DNA from: Patescibacteria group bacterium
GTDB lineage: Bacteria > Patescibacteriota > Minisyncoccia > Minisyncoccales > JAHCRE01
DNA: 64,000 bases
Direction: 5' to 3'
Assembly (NCBI GenBank): GCA_020148055.1
Contig: JAHCRF010000001.1
Span: forward strand, 5,378 to 69,377
A program made the position numbers and the translations under genes. The notes beneath the pieces are model-generated. The model worked only from the letters and a program-made list of their open reading frames with translations. It was not told the origin of the DNA and did not search any database. Of the stretch, positions 1-9,062 are shown in pieces (positions within the stretch are counted from its first letter, which is position 1; each line of letters opens with the position of its first letter).

Positions 1-34
1 AACACCAGAAGACAGACACCAGAAGGCAGCAGCT

Positions 35-469
35 ATGGAGTTCTTGGCTGAGAAAAGAAAACTTACTGACACTGAAAGGCAATATCTTTCTGTTGCCAAG
101 GCTTACGGAGCTGATATGAAGAAAATTTTACAGGCAAGACCAGACTGGGCTCCTTCAACAATAGATCCAAAAACTGGAAGACCAGCAACCATCAGAGGAG
201 TGATGGAAAAAATGGAACCTAGAGAATTTAGAAGAAAAGTTCAAGCAGAAACTCTGAAAAATTTACAATCTTTATACGCTGCTGATTCTCGACAAATAAG
301 GGAAATAGCACTAAGAGGAACTCGAGCTCAAAAAGATGCTCTTCGGGATGTTGTTAGTAGAAGAGGTACTGAGATAGCAGATGAAATTACTCATTTAATC
401 AGAACAGGAAGAAGAAGAGAAGCCAATGCTTTACATGAAAAATTACAACATATAGAATCGATAGTCTAA
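35..469 (+). CDS. hypothetical protein (144 aa) in a locally higher-GC segment
   Basis: Intact ORF with no recognisable motif. Nucleotide composition at 1-1000 is visibly less AT-rich than the rest of the window. Confidence 0.4.
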   Translation: MEFLAEKRKLTDTERQYLSVAKAYGADMKKILQARPDWAPSTIDPKTGRPATIRGVMEKMEPREFRRKVQAETLKNLQSLYAADSRQIREIALRGTRAQKDALRDVVSRRGTEIADEITHLIRTGRRREANALHEKLQHIESIV

Positions 470-494
470 ATACTAAATAATTATTAAAATAAAA

Positions 495-950
495 ATGAAA
501 TCTCAATCGAATCAAAATCAGGAAATAGTCTTCAAAAAAGATCCTTCAAAAATCATCTCTGAACTAATGGAAAAATATGGTTTAAGTGAGACAAAAGAAA
601 ATTTCTTGGAAAAAATAAGAAAGGGAGAAACTACCACCAGAAGGAAAATAGCCGAAATTATAAGAGGGGTTATTGATGGAAAAATCTCAACCGAAGATTT
701 GGTTACTACCTTCCAGCAGCACTTAAATGTTTCAAAAGAAACAGCAGAAAAATTAGCTGAAGACATCAAAAGAGAAATTCCGATTTCTGTTAAGAGAGTT
801 TTAAAAGAAGAAATATCTCCTTCTCCTAAAAGAGAAGTTGCTTTACCTAAAAAACCAATAGTCGAACGAACAGAAACGAAGACTCCGACTCCTCCTAAAA
901 AACCACTTTCTCCTTCAAAAAAAGATATCTATCGAGAACCAATCAAATAG
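495..950 (+). CDS. hypothetical protein with Lys/Pro-rich C-terminus (151 aa)
   Basis: Intact ORF. The C-terminal PKK/SPSPK low-complexity tail is followed by a hairpin terminator. Confidence 0.4.
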   Translation: MKSQSNQNQEIVFKKDPSKIISELMEKYGLSETKENFLEKIRKGETTTRRKIAEIIRGVIDGKISTEDLVTTFQQHLNVSKETAEKLAEDIKREIPISVKRVLKEEISPSPKREVALPKKPIVERTETKTPTPPKKPLSPSKKDIYREPIK

Positions 951-964
951 AAATAAAAAAAGAA

Positions 965-1002
965 GGGTTAAAACTTAATTTTAATTTTTAACCCCTTTTT
1001 TG
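965..1002. terminator. bidirectional rho-independent terminator
   Basis: Perfect 9-bp stem GGGTTAAAA/TTTTAACCC (965-973 and 986-994) followed by a T-run. It sits between convergent genes. Confidence 0.5.
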
Positions 1003-2145
1003 GATATTTTCAATAATTTTTTTCGAGTCTTCGATTAGTTCTTCACCGCTCATTTCCCTTGACCCCTTCCTTTTTTCTTCTGAGGGCTTCTTTTGTGTCG
1101 GGAGCTTTTTTTCTCTCATCGGCATCCTTTTCCAAGCAGCGATAAGATTTAGTAAGCTTCTCTCCAAGCCTTCAGCTCCTTCTACTCTAATATCAAGGAA
1201 ACTTCGACCGTCAATTGCCATCCTCCTCTGAATCAGATCTTTACTTAATTCTCTGAATTCTTTATTTAACTTTGTAGACCTTTTAATCGTTTCTTGAATA
1301 TCTTTCACTGATTTACCAGTTGCTTTAGCCATCATCTGAATAACTGAACCTATTGTTTCTTCTGCTCTCTGCTCGGCCTCGTAAGGTGCTGCTTCTGCCT
1401 CCAACCTTTCTTTATCTACTCTTGGTAAAGCTTTTTCCAATTCTTTAGGAAGCTTTATTTCCTTGACAATTAACCTTAGATCTTCTTCTCTGAAGCCCGC
1501 CTTTCGCAAAGTGCCATCCTCATCTTTAAAGATCCCTTCTGCTTCCTCTCTCAATTTTGATATATTTTCAGTGGCCTGTTTCCAGGTCATTTTCCCAAAA
1601 GCCACTCTAAGAGCTCCAACCACTGCCTCCTCAGTCCAATCCATTAGTTCTTTATCTTTAATGGGGACATGAGATTTCAAGATCTTGATAAGCCCTGTTT
1701 TTGTCCTAGGAAATCGTAAATAAGCTACCGAATCAACTTTAAGGACCTGAGTCCCATATTGTGTTTTTCCTCGGTATTTCTTTGCCTTTGAAATAATTGT
1801 TCTCTCAGGATACGTCAAGTTATACCACTTTGTAGGGTATATTTTTAAGTAGCATCCTGGCAAGAGCGGTACAAAGTAATAACCGCTCTTGCAAAATCCT
1901 ACTGGTTTTCCAAAGACCACTTTTATTGCTATCTCTGCCGGTCCAACGATTTTTATTGAACAAAGGAACCAAGTTGTCACAATTAGAATAGCTATCCCCG
2001 CAACAGTTATTGCAATAGAGAGGAGCTTTAAAAAAGCAGCCACTGAAAGAGCGATTATCAGTGTCGCTATCATCTTTATCAGCGTCCCTCTACTCCACCG
2101 TCTTTTCGCTTTTTCTTCTCTCTCAATTTTCTTTTTCTCTGCCAT
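988..2145 (-). CDS. SPFH/band-7 (stomatin/prohibitin-like) membrane protein
   Basis: N-terminal TM helices, then the SPFH-type start IVGPAEIAIKVVFGKP and a coiled-coil C-terminal half. 385 aa. Confidence 0.6.
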   Translation of the reverse strand: MAEKKKIEREEKAKRRWSRGTLIKMIATLIIALSVAAFLKLLSIAITVAGIAILIVTTWFLCSIKIVGPAEIAIKVVFGKPVGFCKSGYYFVPLLPGCYLKIYPTKWYNLTYPERTIISKAKKYRGKTQYGTQVLKVDSVAYLRFPRTKTGLIKILKSHVPIKDKELMDWTEEAVVGALRVAFGKMTWKQATENISKLREEAEGIFKDEDGTLRKAGFREEDLRLIVKEIKLPKELEKALPRVDKERLEAEAAPYEAEQRAEETIGSVIQMMAKATGKSVKDIQETIKRSTKLNKEFRELSKDLIQRRMAIDGRSFLDIRVEGAEGLERSLLNLIAAWKRMPMREKKLPTQKKPSEEKRKGSREMSGEELIEDSKKIIENIQKRG

Positions 2146-2370
2146 TTCTTTTTACCTTCATACATATTTAGTTTTTAAGGTTTCGATGTTTCTATTATAT
2201 TATATTAAAATATTTTTGTCAAGGGCTACCCTCACCTTACTACTCATTTCTTTTTTATGCTATAATTAATAAATTGAGTTTTTGAAAAGACTTCTACCTA
2301 AAATTATAACAAGATGGTAGAATATATTTAGAAAATCAAAAAATTAACTACACTTTAAGTTATTTATCAT

Positions 2371-2790
2371 ATGGAATTTACTGTTCCCCAATTCATTGAG
2401 GAGGAACCAAAAATAGTCGGGCCCCTCACTTTTAAACAGTTTATTTTCGTTGCCGTAGCTGGAGCTGCTTGTTTTTTTCTTTATTTTTTTATTGGCGAAA
2501 AAAATTTCGCTCTTTTTTTACTAATTACCATAATCTTAATGGGAGGATCCCTGGCTCTTTGCTTTTTGAAAATTAAAGGTTATAGCTTGCCCATGATCAT
2601 AAAAAATTTTTTCACCTATTCAATCTCTGGTAAAGTTTTCCTCTGGAAAAGGAAAATTGTGCCCCCTAAATTTAAAAAGGTTGAAAAATTTGAAAAAGCC
2701 GAGGTCGAAGAAGAAGCTACATTGAAAATGGCTAAAAAAAGTCATTTACAAAGATTATCAACCCAGGTGGAAACCAAAACAATAAAATAA
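2371..2790 (+). CDS. small two-TM membrane protein, candidate VirB3/PrgI-like T4SS component
   Basis: 139 aa with two adjacent hydrophobic helices, encoded directly upstream of the VirB4-like ATPase as in Gram-positive prgI-prgJ arrangements. The assignment is by context and topology only. Confidence 0.35.
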   Translation: MEFTVPQFIEEEPKIVGPLTFKQFIFVAVAGAACFFLYFFIGEKNFALFLLITIILMGGSLALCFLKIKGYSLPMIIKNFFTYSISGKVFLWKRKIVPPKFKKVEKFEKAEVEEEATLKMAKKSHLQRLSTQVETKTIK

Positions 2791-2796
2791 AAACCT

Positions 2797-3444
2797 ATGC
2801 CAAGGGCACCTACTCAACAATTTTTAGAAATTAAGCAAATAAGAGAAGGGGTGATTGTTCTGAGAGATAAAACCTTAAGAGGAATTTTGATGCTTTCTTC
2901 TTTAAATTTCGCCTTAAAAGCTGAGGAGGAGCAAACTGCTATTTTATATCAATTTCAGGAGTTTTTGAATTCTTTAGATTTTTCTTGCCAACTTCTTGTC
3001 CAAACCCGGAGATTAAATATTACCGGTTACTTAGATAAATTGAAGGATCTCGAAGAAAAACAGGAAAATGAACTCCTGAAAATTCAGACCAAAGGCTATC
3101 GTGAATTTGTGGCTGGGATGATAAAAGGAGGAACAATAATGACGAAAAGTTTTTTTGTTATTATTCCTTTTTATCCTTCTCCTTTAGAAATCCAAGAATT
3201 TGGCGGCAAAAAAAAGCTTCCCGGAGTACCAAAAACTCCAACTTTAACTGAAGAATCTTTTCAAAGATATAAAAGCCAACTCTGGCAGAGAATGGAATTT
3301 GTTGCCTTGGGATTAAGAAGGTGTGGTCTCCAGGCCATTCCTCTAATTACTCCTGAACTAATTGAGCTTTTCTGGAAATTCTATCATCCAAAAGAAGCAG
3401 AATTTGGTTATTACCCTGAAATTCCCCCAGAATTAGCCCAGTAG
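2797..3444 (+). CDS. VirB4/TrbE-family N-terminal domain, encoded as a separate ORF (split VirB4)
   Basis: The motif IKQIREGVIVLRDKTLRGILMLSSLNFALKAEEEQTAILYQFQEFLNSLDFSCQLLVQ matches the conserved N-terminus of Gram-positive VirB4 homologues. The ORF ends with TAG then TAA, 20 nt before the ATPase ORF. Confidence 0.55.
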   Translation: MPRAPTQQFLEIKQIREGVIVLRDKTLRGILMLSSLNFALKAEEEQTAILYQFQEFLNSLDFSCQLLVQTRRLNITGYLDKLKDLEEKQENELLKIQTKGYREFVAGMIKGGTIMTKSFFVIIPFYPSPLEIQEFGGKKKLPGVPKTPTLTEESFQRYKSQLWQRMEFVALGLRRCGLQAIPLITPELIELFWKFYHPKEAEFGYYPEIPPELAQ

Positions 3445-3466
3445 TAAGCTTACTCTTCTATTAAAT

Positions 3467-5275
3467 TTGCCAAAAAATATGAAAATTCCATTTTTAAAAA
3501 GAAAAAAAGAAATAGAAATTCCCAAGAAAATATTTGAAGCAGAAATCCTCAAAGTAACTGATATTATTGCCCCTTCTTCAATTGAAATTTCTCAGAATTA
3601 TCTAAAATTGGGAGAGAAATTTGCCAGAAGTTATTTTATTTTTTCTTATCCAAGATATTTAAGTGCTGCCTGGCTTTCTCCGGTTATAAATTTAGATATT
3701 CCTCTAGATATTTCCTTTTTTATCCACCCAATTGAAACTGGAACGGTTTTGAAACAATTAGTAAAAAGGGTGACTGAAGTTCAATCAGAAATTATGGAAA
3801 GAGAAGAAAAAGGTCTTGTTCGAGACCCAGTTTTAGAAACTGCTTTCCGGGATTTAGAAGAATTAAGAGACAAGCTTCAGACCGCTCGAGAAAAGATGTT
3901 TAAATTTGGCCTTTATCTTACTGTTTATGTTGATAAAGAAGAAGATTTTAGAGCTATTGAAACTACTCTCCGCTCAATCCTTGAAGCCAGACTAATTTAT
4001 ATAAAACCAGCTCTTTTCCAACAACACGAAGGATTTATCTCCAGTTCTCCTTATTGCTTGGATCGGCTCCTAATCCATACCCCAATGAATACTGAGCCCC
4101 TCTCTTCTATCTTTCCTTTTATCTCTTTTGACTTGAGCTCCAACGAAGGGATTTTATATGGGGTAAACCGTCATAATAATTCTCTAATTTTATTCGATAG
4201 ATTCAGTTTAGAGAATGCGAATGAGGTAGTTTTTGCCAAGGCCGGTAGTGGAAAATCATATGCTGTAAAATTGGAAGTTTTACGATCCTTAATGTTAAAT
4301 GTGGACGTGATAGTTATTGATCCCGAGAATGAATATATGTTTTTATCTGATGCCGTTGGTGGTTCTTTCTTTAAAATTTCTCTAACCTCTCCAAATCATA
4401 TTAACCCTTTTGAATTACCTCCCCCCAGAGAAGATGAAAAACCGGAAGATGTTCTAAGATCGAATACTATAAACTTGGTCGGTTTATTAAGGATTATGTT
4501 AGGGGGGTTAACTCCGGAAGAAGATGCTATTATTGACAGAGCCTTAACTGAAACTTATGCCGCCAAAGACATTACCCCTGAATCTGATCCCGCTCTCTGG
4601 AAAGAAAATCTTCCTCTGATGGAAGATTTAGAAACAGTCCTGGAAACTATGGAGGGAACTGAATCATTAGTGAGAAGGTTGCAGAAATTCACCAAAGGAG
4701 CCTACTCCTCGTTTTTCAACCAACCTTCAAATATCTCAATGGAAAACAACATGGTTATCTTCGGAATAAGAGATATGGAAGAAGAGTTAAGACCAATGGC
4801 CCTTTATATAATTTTGAGATATATTTGGAAGACAGTCAGAGCCACTCTTAAAAAAAGAATTTTGATTGTTGATGAGGCTTGGTGGTTAATGCAATCAGAA
4901 GACGGAGCTTCATTCCTCTATGGAGTTTGTAAGCGAGCAAGGAAATACTGGTTGGGGGTAACAACAATTACCCAGGATATCGGAGATTTTATGAAGTCAT
5001 CCTACGGTCAACCAATCATTACCAACTCTTCTTTACAACTTTTATTAAAGCAATCACCAGCCACAATCGACATCGTCAAAAAAACCTTTCTTTTAACTGA
5101 GCAAGAAAAATATATGTTGTTAGAAGCAGCAGTAGGTGAGGGGTTATTTTTCGCCGGGCAAAAACACGTCGCCATAAAAGTAGTTGCCTCTTATGCTGAA
5201 GACCAGATAATTACCACAGCCCCTGAAGAAGTTTTAAAAATAAGAAAAGCAAAAAAAGAGTTAGCTGAAGAATAA
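3467..5275 (+). CDS. VirB4/TrbE-like type IV secretion ATPase, C-terminal ATPase portion
   Basis: Walker A FAKAGSGKSYAV, Walker B ILIVDEAWWLM (the DEAW signature) and the C-terminal TTITQDIGDF motif. 602 aa; with the upstream 215-aa ORF this totals about 817 aa, typical of full-length VirB4. Confidence 0.75.
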   Translation: MPKNMKIPFLKRKKEIEIPKKIFEAEILKVTDIIAPSSIEISQNYLKLGEKFARSYFIFSYPRYLSAAWLSPVINLDIPLDISFFIHPIETGTVLKQLVKRVTEVQSEIMEREEKGLVRDPVLETAFRDLEELRDKLQTAREKMFKFGLYLTVYVDKEEDFRAIETTLRSILEARLIYIKPALFQQHEGFISSSPYCLDRLLIHTPMNTEPLSSIFPFISFDLSSNEGILYGVNRHNNSLILFDRFSLENANEVVFAKAGSGKSYAVKLEVLRSLMLNVDVIVIDPENEYMFLSDAVGGSFFKISLTSPNHINPFELPPPREDEKPEDVLRSNTINLVGLLRIMLGGLTPEEDAIIDRALTETYAAKDITPESDPALWKENLPLMEDLETVLETMEGTESLVRRLQKFTKGAYSSFFNQPSNISMENNMVIFGIRDMEEELRPMALYIILRYIWKTVRATLKKRILIVDEAWWLMQSEDGASFLYGVCKRARKYWLGVTTITQDIGDFMKSSYGQPIITNSSLQLLLKQSPATIDIVKKTFLLTEQEKYMLLEAAVGEGLFFAGQKHVAIKVVASYAEDQIITTAPEEVLKIRKAKKELAEE

Positions 5276-5303
5276 ACTCTGATATCTTTTTAATGAAAAA
5301 ACC

Positions 5304-5336
5304 CTGTTATTAAAACAGGGTTTTAAAGTGTTATTT
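5304..5336. terminator. bidirectional hairpin terminator
   Basis: AAAAAACCCTGTT-ATTAA-AACAGGGTTTT between convergent virB4-like and jag genes. Confidence 0.5.
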
Positions 5337-5360
5337 CTAAAACTTAAATTTTGTCAAGTT

Positions 5361-5822
5361 TTAAGGATAGGGTTTAATTATCACTCTTCTTTCTGGTTCT
5401 TGACCAATGCTTTCGGTGGTAACATCTTGACGATCAGCTATTTCCAAATGAATAATCCTTCTTTCATAAGCTGGCATCGGCGATAGAATCTTTTCTCTTT
5501 TTGTCAAAGCGACCTCATCAGCAACTGAATGAGCCGTTTCTTTTAGATATTCAATTTTTCTCTTTTTATAATCATTGATATCCAAATCGATAAAGAAAAT
5601 TTCTTCAATCTTCCTTCTCAAGATTGCCTTCAGAAGACGTTGGATCTCCAAGAGAGTCTGTCCTCCTTCCCCGATCAGAATCTGAGGTTTTTCCATTTTC
5701 AAATTTATAGATAAAGTTTTTTCTTTCTGAAATAAAGGTTTAATTTCAACATCAATTGTCATTTTTTTAAAAAATTCCTCAACAATTTTGTTAACTGTAT
5801 CTAAATTAGATTGAGTAAGCAT
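5361..5822 (-). CDS. jag: Jag/KhpB-like RNA-binding protein (KH + R3H)
   Basis: Contains a KH-like ILIGEGGQTLLEIQ segment and a C-terminal R3H-like region. Conserved position downstream of yidC. Confidence 0.65.
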   Translation of the reverse strand: MLTQSNLDTVNKIVEEFFKKMTIDVEIKPLFQKEKTLSINLKMEKPQILIGEGGQTLLEIQRLLKAILRRKIEEIFFIDLDINDYKKRKIEYLKETAHSVADEVALTKREKILSPMPAYERRIIHLEIADRQDVTTESIGQEPERRVIIKPYP

Positions 5823-5847
5823 AAGATTTTATTTTCCTTATTCTTTA

Positions 5848-6588
5848 TTATTTATCTGCGGGTTCTGTCGCCAGAGCAGGCTTCCTAAAAATAAAATATT
5901 GCTGAATAATTGAAAAGGTTGTTGTCACTATCCAATAAAGTCCAATAGCTGAAGGTAATTTTAATAAGATGAAAAAAGTGAAGATAGGAAAAACATAGAG
6001 GGTCTGTTTTTGGAGAATCTTTGAAAATTGGCCTATTCTATCCTCCATTTTAATTTCTTGAACTTTTGGGGTAATCATTTTTGTCTGGATAAATTGAAAA
6101 ATGCCAGCGAGAATTGCTAAAATGAGCGAGGGTTGACCAAGATTCATTATTCCAAGAAAAGTGGGGTTGATTTGTCCGGGCTTAGGAACAAAATAATAAA
6201 GATTAATCATTTCTCCAGGAACCAATCCTTTACGAAATACTTGGTAGAGGGCGATTAAAATCGGGAGTTGAATTAACAAAGGTAGACAACCGGAGAAGGG
6301 ATTAATTTTTTCTTTCTGATAAAGTTCCATCATTGCCCGAGTCTGCTTTTCTTTATTGTCTTTGTATTTTTTCTGAATTTCCCGAATTTTTGGTTGGAGC
6401 TCCTGTAAAACTTTCTGAGATTTGATTGCCTTAATTCCTAAAGGATAAAATAAAATTCTGATTAAAATTGTCAAAAGAATTATTGCTATTCCGAAGTCTT
6501 GACCAGGTAAATATTGATAAAACAAAATCAGAATATTGAATAATGGCTTGTATAAAATTAGATTGAAAAGATTAATAAAAAATTCCAT
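5848..6588 (-). CDS. yidC: membrane protein insertase YidC/Oxa1
   Basis: Multi-TM protein with the C-terminal YidC signature SAIGLYWIVTTTFSIIQQ. Member of the rnpA-yidD-yidC cluster. Confidence 0.85.
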   Translation of the reverse strand: MEFFINLFNLILYKPLFNILILFYQYLPGQDFGIAIILLTILIRILFYPLGIKAIKSQKVLQELQPKIREIQKKYKDNKEKQTRAMMELYQKEKINPFSGCLPLLIQLPILIALYQVFRKGLVPGEMINLYYFVPKPGQINPTFLGIMNLGQPSLILAILAGIFQFIQTKMITPKVQEIKMEDRIGQFSKILQKQTLYVFPIFTFFILLKLPSAIGLYWIVTTTFSIIQQYFIFRKPALATEPADK

Positions 6589-6592
6589 AATT

Positions 6593-6802
6593 TTAAGGTA
6601 AATCTATCCCTCCCTGATGCCAAGGATGGCACCTTAATATTCTTTTCATCCCGAGAAACAAACCCATAAATAAACCATATTTTTTGATTGCCAAATAGGA
6701 ATATTGGGAACAGCTTGGATAAAATCGGCAAGTTCTTCCAAAAGCTTGAGAAATAAATTTTTGATAAAATTTTATTAAATTAAGAATTAAAATCTTTAAC
6801 AT
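6593..6802 (-). CDS. yidD: membrane protein insertion efficiency factor YidD
   Basis: 69 aa with the conserved Cys pattern [10 protein letters not shown]. Positioned between rnpA and yidC. Confidence 0.75.
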   Translation of the reverse strand: MLKILILNLIKFYQKFISQAFGRTCRFYPSCSQYSYLAIKKYGLFMGLFLGMKRILRCHPWHQGGIDLP

Positions 6803-6803
6803 T

Positions 6804-7142
6804 CTAAATTATTTTTGCCTTACTAAAAAGTTTACTTATTACCTCTTCAATATCCCAAAAATCTTTATTTTCCAAACCCGGCTGAGCAATTAAAATAACA
6901 TCGAATCCTTTTTTAATCTTTTTCAACTTTATCCGGACTAACTCCCTCAATCTTCTTTTAATTTTATTGCGCAAGCTTGCTTTTTTTGAAATTTTTCCCC
7001 CGACAATAAAACCGAAACGATTCTGTTTTAAATTATTTCTAATCATCTTTAAAACTAAAAAATCTTCTTTAAATCCCTTCCCTTTTTTAAAAATCAATTC
7101 AAAATCTTTCTTCTTTTTAAGCCGATTTATTTTTACTAACAT
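6804..7142 (-). CDS. rnpA: RNase P protein component
   Basis: Basic 112-aa protein; motifs [25 protein letters not shown]. Lies downstream of rpmH. Confidence 0.8.
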   Translation of the reverse strand: MLVKINRLKKKKDFELIFKKGKGFKEDFLVLKMIRNNLKQNRFGFIVGGKISKKASLRNKIKRRLRELVRIKLKKIKKGFDVILIAQPGLENKDFWDIEEVISKLFSKAKII

Positions 7143-7152
7143 CTTTAAAAAC

Positions 7153-7287
7153 TTAAACGGTTAACCTCCGTCTACCTTTTCTTCTCCGCTTAGATAAAAT
7201 TCTTCTTCCTCCTTTTTTTTTCATTCTTCTTCTAAAACCATGGGTTCTTTCTCTTTTCTTTTTCTTAGGACGATAGGTGATTGACAT
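7153..7287 (-). CDS. rpmH: 50S ribosomal protein L34
   Basis: Hand translation of the minus strand gives [44 protein letters not shown] (44 aa), a clear L34. Below the size cutoff of the supplied ORF track. Confidence 0.85.
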   Translation of the reverse strand: MSITYRPKKKKRERTHGFRRRMKKKGGRRILSKRRRKGRRRLTV

Positions 7288-7588
7288 AATTTAGATTTTA
7301 GATGTTAGATTTATAGATATTAGATAGTAGTTTTTTAAGATTAGCAAAAAATATTTTTAAAGTCAATTTTCAATTCTCTTTATAAAATCTAAGATCCAAT
7401 GCCTAGTATCCAAATTTCACAATCTCTCCCCAGTTTATCAACAGATCTTCTTTTTTTTATTGAATTCTCTCCTCGTTTGACATATGGTATGATTAGATAA
7501 TAGATACTGGGTATTGGAAATAAAAAGACAAGCTAAATAGTAAATTTCGCTCACTAATATCTAATACCTAAAATCCAAAATTTAACTT
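7288..7588. promoter_or_regulatory. candidate chromosomal origin (oriC) / rpmH-dnaA divergent control region
   Basis: AT-rich rpmH-dnaA intergenic region. One DnaA-box-like 9-mer TTATCAACA at 7435-7443 and a weaker TATCCAAAT. Five 7-nt TTAGAT repeats at 7289-7330 and TAGATA repeats at 7493-7506. A second near-consensus box TTATCCCCA lies at 9042-9050, between dnaA and dnaN. Confidence 0.5.
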
Positions 7589-8938
7589 ATGAATCACGAA
7601 GAACTCTGGCAGGCAGTCCTTGCCCAAATTCAATTAAATATTTCCCAAGCTAATTTTGCCACCTGGTTTAAGAACACCAGAATCCTTGGTAAAAAAGAAG
7701 AAAAGGTGGTAATCTCTGTTCCCAATTCTTTTGCCAAAGAGTGGCTCGAAAATAAATATAATAAGTTAATTTTCAAAATTTTACATAGTTTAGACGAAGG
7801 AATTAAAGGAGTAAGATATGAAATAGGTAAAACCGGCCTAAAGGTTTTTAAAAAATCTCCACTGCCTATTTCAGAAACCGAACAGCTTGAGTTTCCAGAA
7901 TTTAAAATTGATAAAGAAACCAATCTCAATCCTCGTTATGCTTTTGAAAATTTTGTAATAGGCCCTTTTAACGAACTCCCTCAAGCAGCTGCCTGGGCAG
8001 TGACAAAAAATCCTGGGTCTATCTACAATCCATTATTTATTTATGGAGGGGTTGGTCTGGGTAAAACCCATTTACTTCAAGCCATCGGTAATGAAATCGT
8101 TAAAAATTTTCCTAAGAAAAAGATAAGATATATTCCCTGTGAAAAATTCACCTCAGGAATCATAAACTCAATCAGAAATCATAGTATTGAAAGTTTCAAG
8201 TCAAAATATCGAGCAATTGACATTTTAATTATTGACGATGTCCAATTTCTGGCTGGGAAAGAAAAAACTCAGGAAGAGTTCTTTCACATCTTTAACACTT
8301 TATATGAAAGAGATAAACAGATAATCCTTTCTTCTGATCGATCGCCAAAAGCCATTCCAGCTTTGACCGAGAGATTGAGATCTCGTTTTGAAGGAGGAAT
8401 GATCGCTGATATATCTTTGCCTGACCTTGAAACAAGAATAGCTATTCTTAAAACTAAAGCCCAAGAAAAAAGAATCAATTTCCCCAGTGAAGTTTTTTCT
8501 TATATCGCCACAAAAATCCAAAAAAATATTAGGGAACTAGAAGGAGCTTTAAATAGATTAATAGCCTACCAGAAACTAAAAAAACAAGTTCCTGATGTTG
8601 AAACCACTAAAAACCTTTTAAAGAAGATAATCATTTCTCCAGTTAAAATAACCACTCCAAAAAAAATAATCCAGGGGGTAGCTGAGTTTTACGATCTCAA
8701 GGAAAAAGATCTTCAAAGCTCTTCTCGAAAAAAAGAAATCGTTAAACCCCGTCAGGTAGCAATGTATTTATTAAGAGAGATATTAAAATGTTCTTATCCT
8801 TTTATCGGTAGAAAATTTGGAGGGAGAGATCACACCACCGCTATCCATGCTTACGGAAAAATCCTTAAAGAGTTAGAAAAGGATGAAAATCTGAAAGAGG
8901 AAATCAACTTAATAAAACAGAGAATATCAAGTGTCTAA
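7589..8938 (+). CDS. dnaA: chromosomal replication initiator DnaA
   Basis: AAA+ Walker A GGVGLGKTHLL and a C-terminal DNA-binding domain. 449 aa. Confidence 0.95.
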   Translation: MNHEELWQAVLAQIQLNISQANFATWFKNTRILGKKEEKVVISVPNSFAKEWLENKYNKLIFKILHSLDEGIKGVRYEIGKTGLKVFKKSPLPISETEQLEFPEFKIDKETNLNPRYAFENFVIGPFNELPQAAAWAVTKNPGSIYNPLFIYGGVGLGKTHLLQAIGNEIVKNFPKKKIRYIPCEKFTSGIINSIRNHSIESFKSKYRAIDILIIDDVQFLAGKEKTQEEFFHIFNTLYERDKQIILSSDRSPKAIPALTERLRSRFEGGMIADISLPDLETRIAILKTKAQEKRINFPSEVFSYIATKIQKNIRELEGALNRLIAYQKLKKQVPDVETTKNLLKKIIISPVKITTPKKIIQGVAEFYDLKEKDLQSSSRKKEIVKPRQVAMYLLREILKCSYPFIGRKFGGRDHTTAIHAYGKILKELEKDENLKEEINLIKQRISSV

Positions 8939-9062
8939 ATTATAGAAAAGAAAAGAATAAATCTTTAACTAAAAATTATTCCCAATTTTTCAACAGTTCC
9001 TCCTATAAATAAAACCAAGTCTATTTATATTTAAAAAAAATTTATCCCCAAAACCAACAATA

